A DNA stretch of 64,000 nt from Candidatus Moraniibacteriota bacterium (lineage in GTDB: Bacteria; Patescibacteriota; Minisyncoccia; Moranbacterales; UBA2206). The stretch lies in NCBI GenBank assembly GCA_026396175.1, contig JAPLXG010000008.1, positions 659 through 64,658 of the forward strand, read 5' to 3'. Under the pieces are notes generated by a model. That model did no database searches. It saw only the letters and a program-made list of their open reading frames with translations, and was not told the DNA's origin. Both the position numbers and the translations under genes were made by a program. Positions 61,576 to 64,000 of the stretch are shown here, one piece after another. Position 1 is the stretch's first letter. The number at the start of each line of letters is the position of its first letter.

Positions 61576-64000
61576 TTACAATTCCCCCCAATTATCCCCA
61601 ATCGAAACATTGGCGACAAGTGGAACTTTGAGTTTGTAGGCGTCTTCCAAGATAGCTTTAATTTTTTGAGAAACGGTTTCGGCGAGATCTTCGCGTACTT
61701 CCAAAATAATTTCATCGTGCACCTGCAAAAGCATTTTGACATCAGGATTGTTTTCAAACTCTTTGGCAACATGGAGCATTGCGATTTTCATGATGTCCGA
61801 TGCCAGGCCTTGGATTGGCATATTGATGGCCATTCGTTCGGCGGCGCTTTGGACTTGAAAATTAGAAGAATTAATTTCCGAAATATATCTGCGTCGGCCA
61901 ATTTCCGTTTCGACGTAGCCGTTTTTTTTGGCGAACTCTTTGATTTCGCGCATATAGTTGGCGACGCCTTGGAATTTTTCAAAATAAGTGTCGATAAATC
62001 TTTTGGCATCATCTCTTGAGATGCCGGCGCGGGCGGCAAAACCGAAGGAGCCCATGCCATAGATTACTCCAAAATTCAATTCTTTGGCGGTACGGCGGAT
62101 TTTATCTGAGACTTGGGATAACGTTAAATTATTAATTTCCGCTGCGGTTGCGCGGTGAATGTCTTCGCCTTTGTGAAATAACTCAATCATTTTTTTGTCT
62201 TCGCTCACGTGCGCCACAACACGCAGATCGATTTGGGAATAATCGGCGCTCACTAGTTTATAGCCTTCTTTCGCCACAAAAGCGGTGCGCAGAAGTTGTC
62301 CAAGGTCAGTGCGGGTGGGAATATTTTGCAAATTTGGATCAGACGAGGAAAGACGACCGGTGGCGGTGACGGCCTGATTGAAAGTGGAATGCAATCGCGA
62401 ATTCTTATCAACCATTGTTGGTAATGTATCTAAGTAAGTGTTTTTTAGTTTTGTTATCTCTCGATATTCTTCAATTTTTTCAATAATTTTATGCTCACCG
62501 CGCAACTTATCCAGTTCTGCGGAAGCGGTGGAGATGACACCGGACTTGCCTTTTTTGATGTTGCCAACCGGCAAGTGCATTTTTTCAAACAAAACTTCTG
62601 ACAGTTGCTTGGGGGAAGCAATATTAAATGTCGTGCCGGAAAGCTTATAAATATTTTCCTCAAGTTTGGCAATGCGCTCCGTAATAGTCTGCGAGATACC
62701 GGCGAAAATCATTGTATTTAACTTAATTCCCGCGAGTTCCATCTGTGCCAAAACTTTGGCCAGTGGAATTTCTACTTCAGTAAAAACAGTATTTAGGGTG
62801 TGCTTCGGAGAGTTATTATTCTTCACTTGTTCCGCGCTAATCTTTTCGATTGACTCTTTTTGGATACTTTTCAGTTTGAAAATGTAGTCAGCGACGGAGC
62901 AATTTTTCTCGGCCACTTCTTGGGCGCTTTCAATCTCAAGCCCTAGTTGTCCTTTTTTGGATTCTTCCGTCATCTCTTCTTGTAAAAATTCTGCCACCAA
63001 ATCCGGTAAGGTTATTTTTCTGCCGGGACTAAGGACATAGCTAGCCAGGAGAATATCAAAATAGTTTCCCGCTAAGCTTATCCTAGCGTTTTGCAAAATT
63101 TCCAAATCACTTTTGAGATCAAAACAAATTTTTTCTATTGCTGGATTTTCCAGGAGATTTTTAATTTCCGCAAATATTTCTTTATTCTCTAAGTCAAAAT
63201 ATATTGCTCGGCCAGTTTTATAACTAATGGCAATGCCAGAAAGCGTGCTGGTGTGCGCCGTCGCACCGTTAGTTTTTAGCTTTATGGCAAGCTCTTTTTG
63301 CGCTATTAAGTTCTCCAAAAGTTCTCGATAATTATTTTTGTTGGCGATTTCGAATTTAAAATCTTTTACTCCGTCTGATTTTTCTAGCAGGGTGTTTTTG
63401 TTTTCAGCTGTGTTTAATTTTTTTTCATCAGCAGTTCCTAGCAATCTTTTTTTAAGACTATGAAAATTTAATTCCGTGAAAAGGGCAATTAATTTTTCCT
63501 TGTCAAAATCTTTTGTCACGGCTTTGTCTAAATCTAACTCAACTGGAACAGCTCGATCGATGGTCGCGAGGCCTTTGCTTTGGATGGCAATCAGCTTGTC
63601 TTTCTCCAGTTTTTCCCGCACTGGCTTTTTAATCTCTTCCAAATGTGTATAAACATTTTCCAGTGTGCCATAGGTTTTCAAAAGTTCAATGGCGGTTTTT
63701 TCACCAATCCCTTTCACGCCGGGAATATTGTCCGACGGGTCACCGCGCAGGCCTTTGTAATCAATCAGTTGCTCGGGCGCGAGAGAAAAGCGTTCGAAGA
63801 TTTCCGCCGTGCCATAGAGAACAGCGTCAGTGAGACCACGACGCATCGTGTAAACTTTGGTCGTGTCATTGACCAATTGCAATGTATCCATATCGCCAGT
63901 GACTATGATAGTTTCTAGCTCGCGAGAATTTTCTTTGGCCTGTTTGGACAAAGTTCCAATCACATCATCAGCTTCAAAACCGCTCACAGCATAAATCGGA
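61576..64000 (-). CDS. polA: DNA polymerase I, C-terminal ~810 aa; the gene continues beyond the window end
   Basis: Frame stays open to position 64000 (…PIYAVSGFEADDVIGTL is the 5'-3' exonuclease region). 3'-5' exo-like middle region. Polymerase motifs A 'DYSQIDLRV', B 'RRTAKELNFGVIYG' and C 'LLQVHDEIILE'. Confidence 0.85.
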   Translation of the reverse strand, partial: PIYAVSGFEADDVIGTLSKQAKENSRELETIIVTGDMDTLQLVNDTTKVYTMRRGLTDAVLYGTAEIFERFSLAPEQLIDYKGLRGDPSDNIPGVKGIGEKTAIELLKTYGTLENVYTHLEEIKKPVREKLEKDKLIAIQSKGLATIDRAVPVELDLDKAVTKDFDKEKLIALFTELNFHSLKKRLLGTADEKKLNTAENKNTLLEKSDGVKDFKFEIANKNNYRELLENLIAQKELAIKLKTNGATAHTSTLSGIAISYKTGRAIYFDLENKEIFAEIKNLLENPAIEKICFDLKSDLEILQNARISLAGNYFDILLASYVLSPGRKITLPDLVAEFLQEEMTEESKKGQLGLEIESAQEVAEKNCSVADYIFKLKSIQKESIEKISAEQVKNNNSPKHTLNTVFTEVEIPLAKVLAQMELAGIKLNTMIFAGISQTITERIAKLEENIYKLSGTTFNIASPKQLSEVLFEKMHLPVGNIKKGKSGVISTASAELDKLRGEHKIIEKIEEYREITKLKNTYLDTLPTMVDKNSRLHSTFNQAVTATGRLSSSDPNLQNIPTRTDLGQLLRTAFVAKEGYKLVSADYSQIDLRVVAHVSEDKKMIELFHKGEDIHRATAAEINNLTLSQVSDKIRRTAKELNFGVIYGMGSFGFAARAGISRDDAKRFIDTYFEKFQGVANYMREIKEFAKKNGYVETEIGRRRYISEINSSNFQVQSAAERMAINMPIQGLASDIMKIAMLHVAKEFENNPDVKMLLQVHDEIILEVREDLAETVSQKIKAILEDAYKLKVPLVANVSIGDNWGEL

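Noticed and set aside
1-64000. CRISPR arrays, rRNA and tRNA genes
   Set aside because: No regularly spaced direct repeats with unique spacers are present. No 16S/23S/5S-like conserved blocks and no cloverleaf-compatible tRNA sequences were found by eye.

Overview
This is a gene-dense, AT-rich bacterial chromosomal segment that looks like a Candidate Phyla Radiation (Patescibacteria)-type genome; that placement is inferred from gene content (lamin-tail-domain protein, '23S rRNA intervening-sequence' four-helix-bundle proteins, a compact pilus/T4SS-like cluster, DciA, short YidC), not from any search. The replication origin is in the window: rpmH-rnpA-yidC-jag on the minus strand, then dnaA, a dnaA-dnaN intergenic region with three perfect DnaA boxes and an AT-rich unwinding element (oriC), then dnaN and a DciA-like gene. 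Core genes called are PBP1A, ruvC, yebC, ruvB, ispG, tsaE, rpsT, holA, fpg and a partial polA. The accessory content is richer. (i) A type-IV-secretion/conjugative-pilus-like locus (2.7-14.5 kb) carries a PrgI-like protein, a VirB4 ATPase split into two ORFs by a repeat-bearing spacer, two VirB2/TrbC-like pilins with Gly-linker and Cys-rich C-terminal domains, a 967-aa surface protein and a beta-propeller protein. (ii) A surface-glycan cluster encodes two O-antigen-ligase-like proteins, two GT2 glycosyltransferases and a Wzx flippase. (iii) Four co-oriented ATP-grasp amidoligase genes, one fused to a retropepsin-like 'zinc protease' domain, sit next to a 7TM membrane protein; this is a candidate peptide-ligation/modification system. 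(iv) A 1006-aa protein consists of two tandem GspE/PilB secretion-ATPase units. (v) A GC-richer island (~53-61.5 kb) holds an operon of three small Cys-rich proteins, DUF1653, TrmB regulators, an AbiEii/AbiEi pair and a HepT/MntA pair. At least six dispersed repeat families are present: AT-rich 'aatttgaaat' blocks; the GC-rich palindrome CCTGCCTGCCGGTAGGCAGG; 140-170-bp MITE-like inverted-repeat elements; a composite hairpin element that sequesters the Shine-Dalgarno of the downstream gene; an ~80-nt palindromic element; and ACAAGAAACAAG iterons. Two of these families also occur as in-frame insertions inside tsaE and fpg. No rRNA, tRNA or CRISPR array could be supported. Two ORF-free structured regions (37.4-38.0 kb and 50.4-50.9 kb) may encode ncRNAs but could not be assigned.
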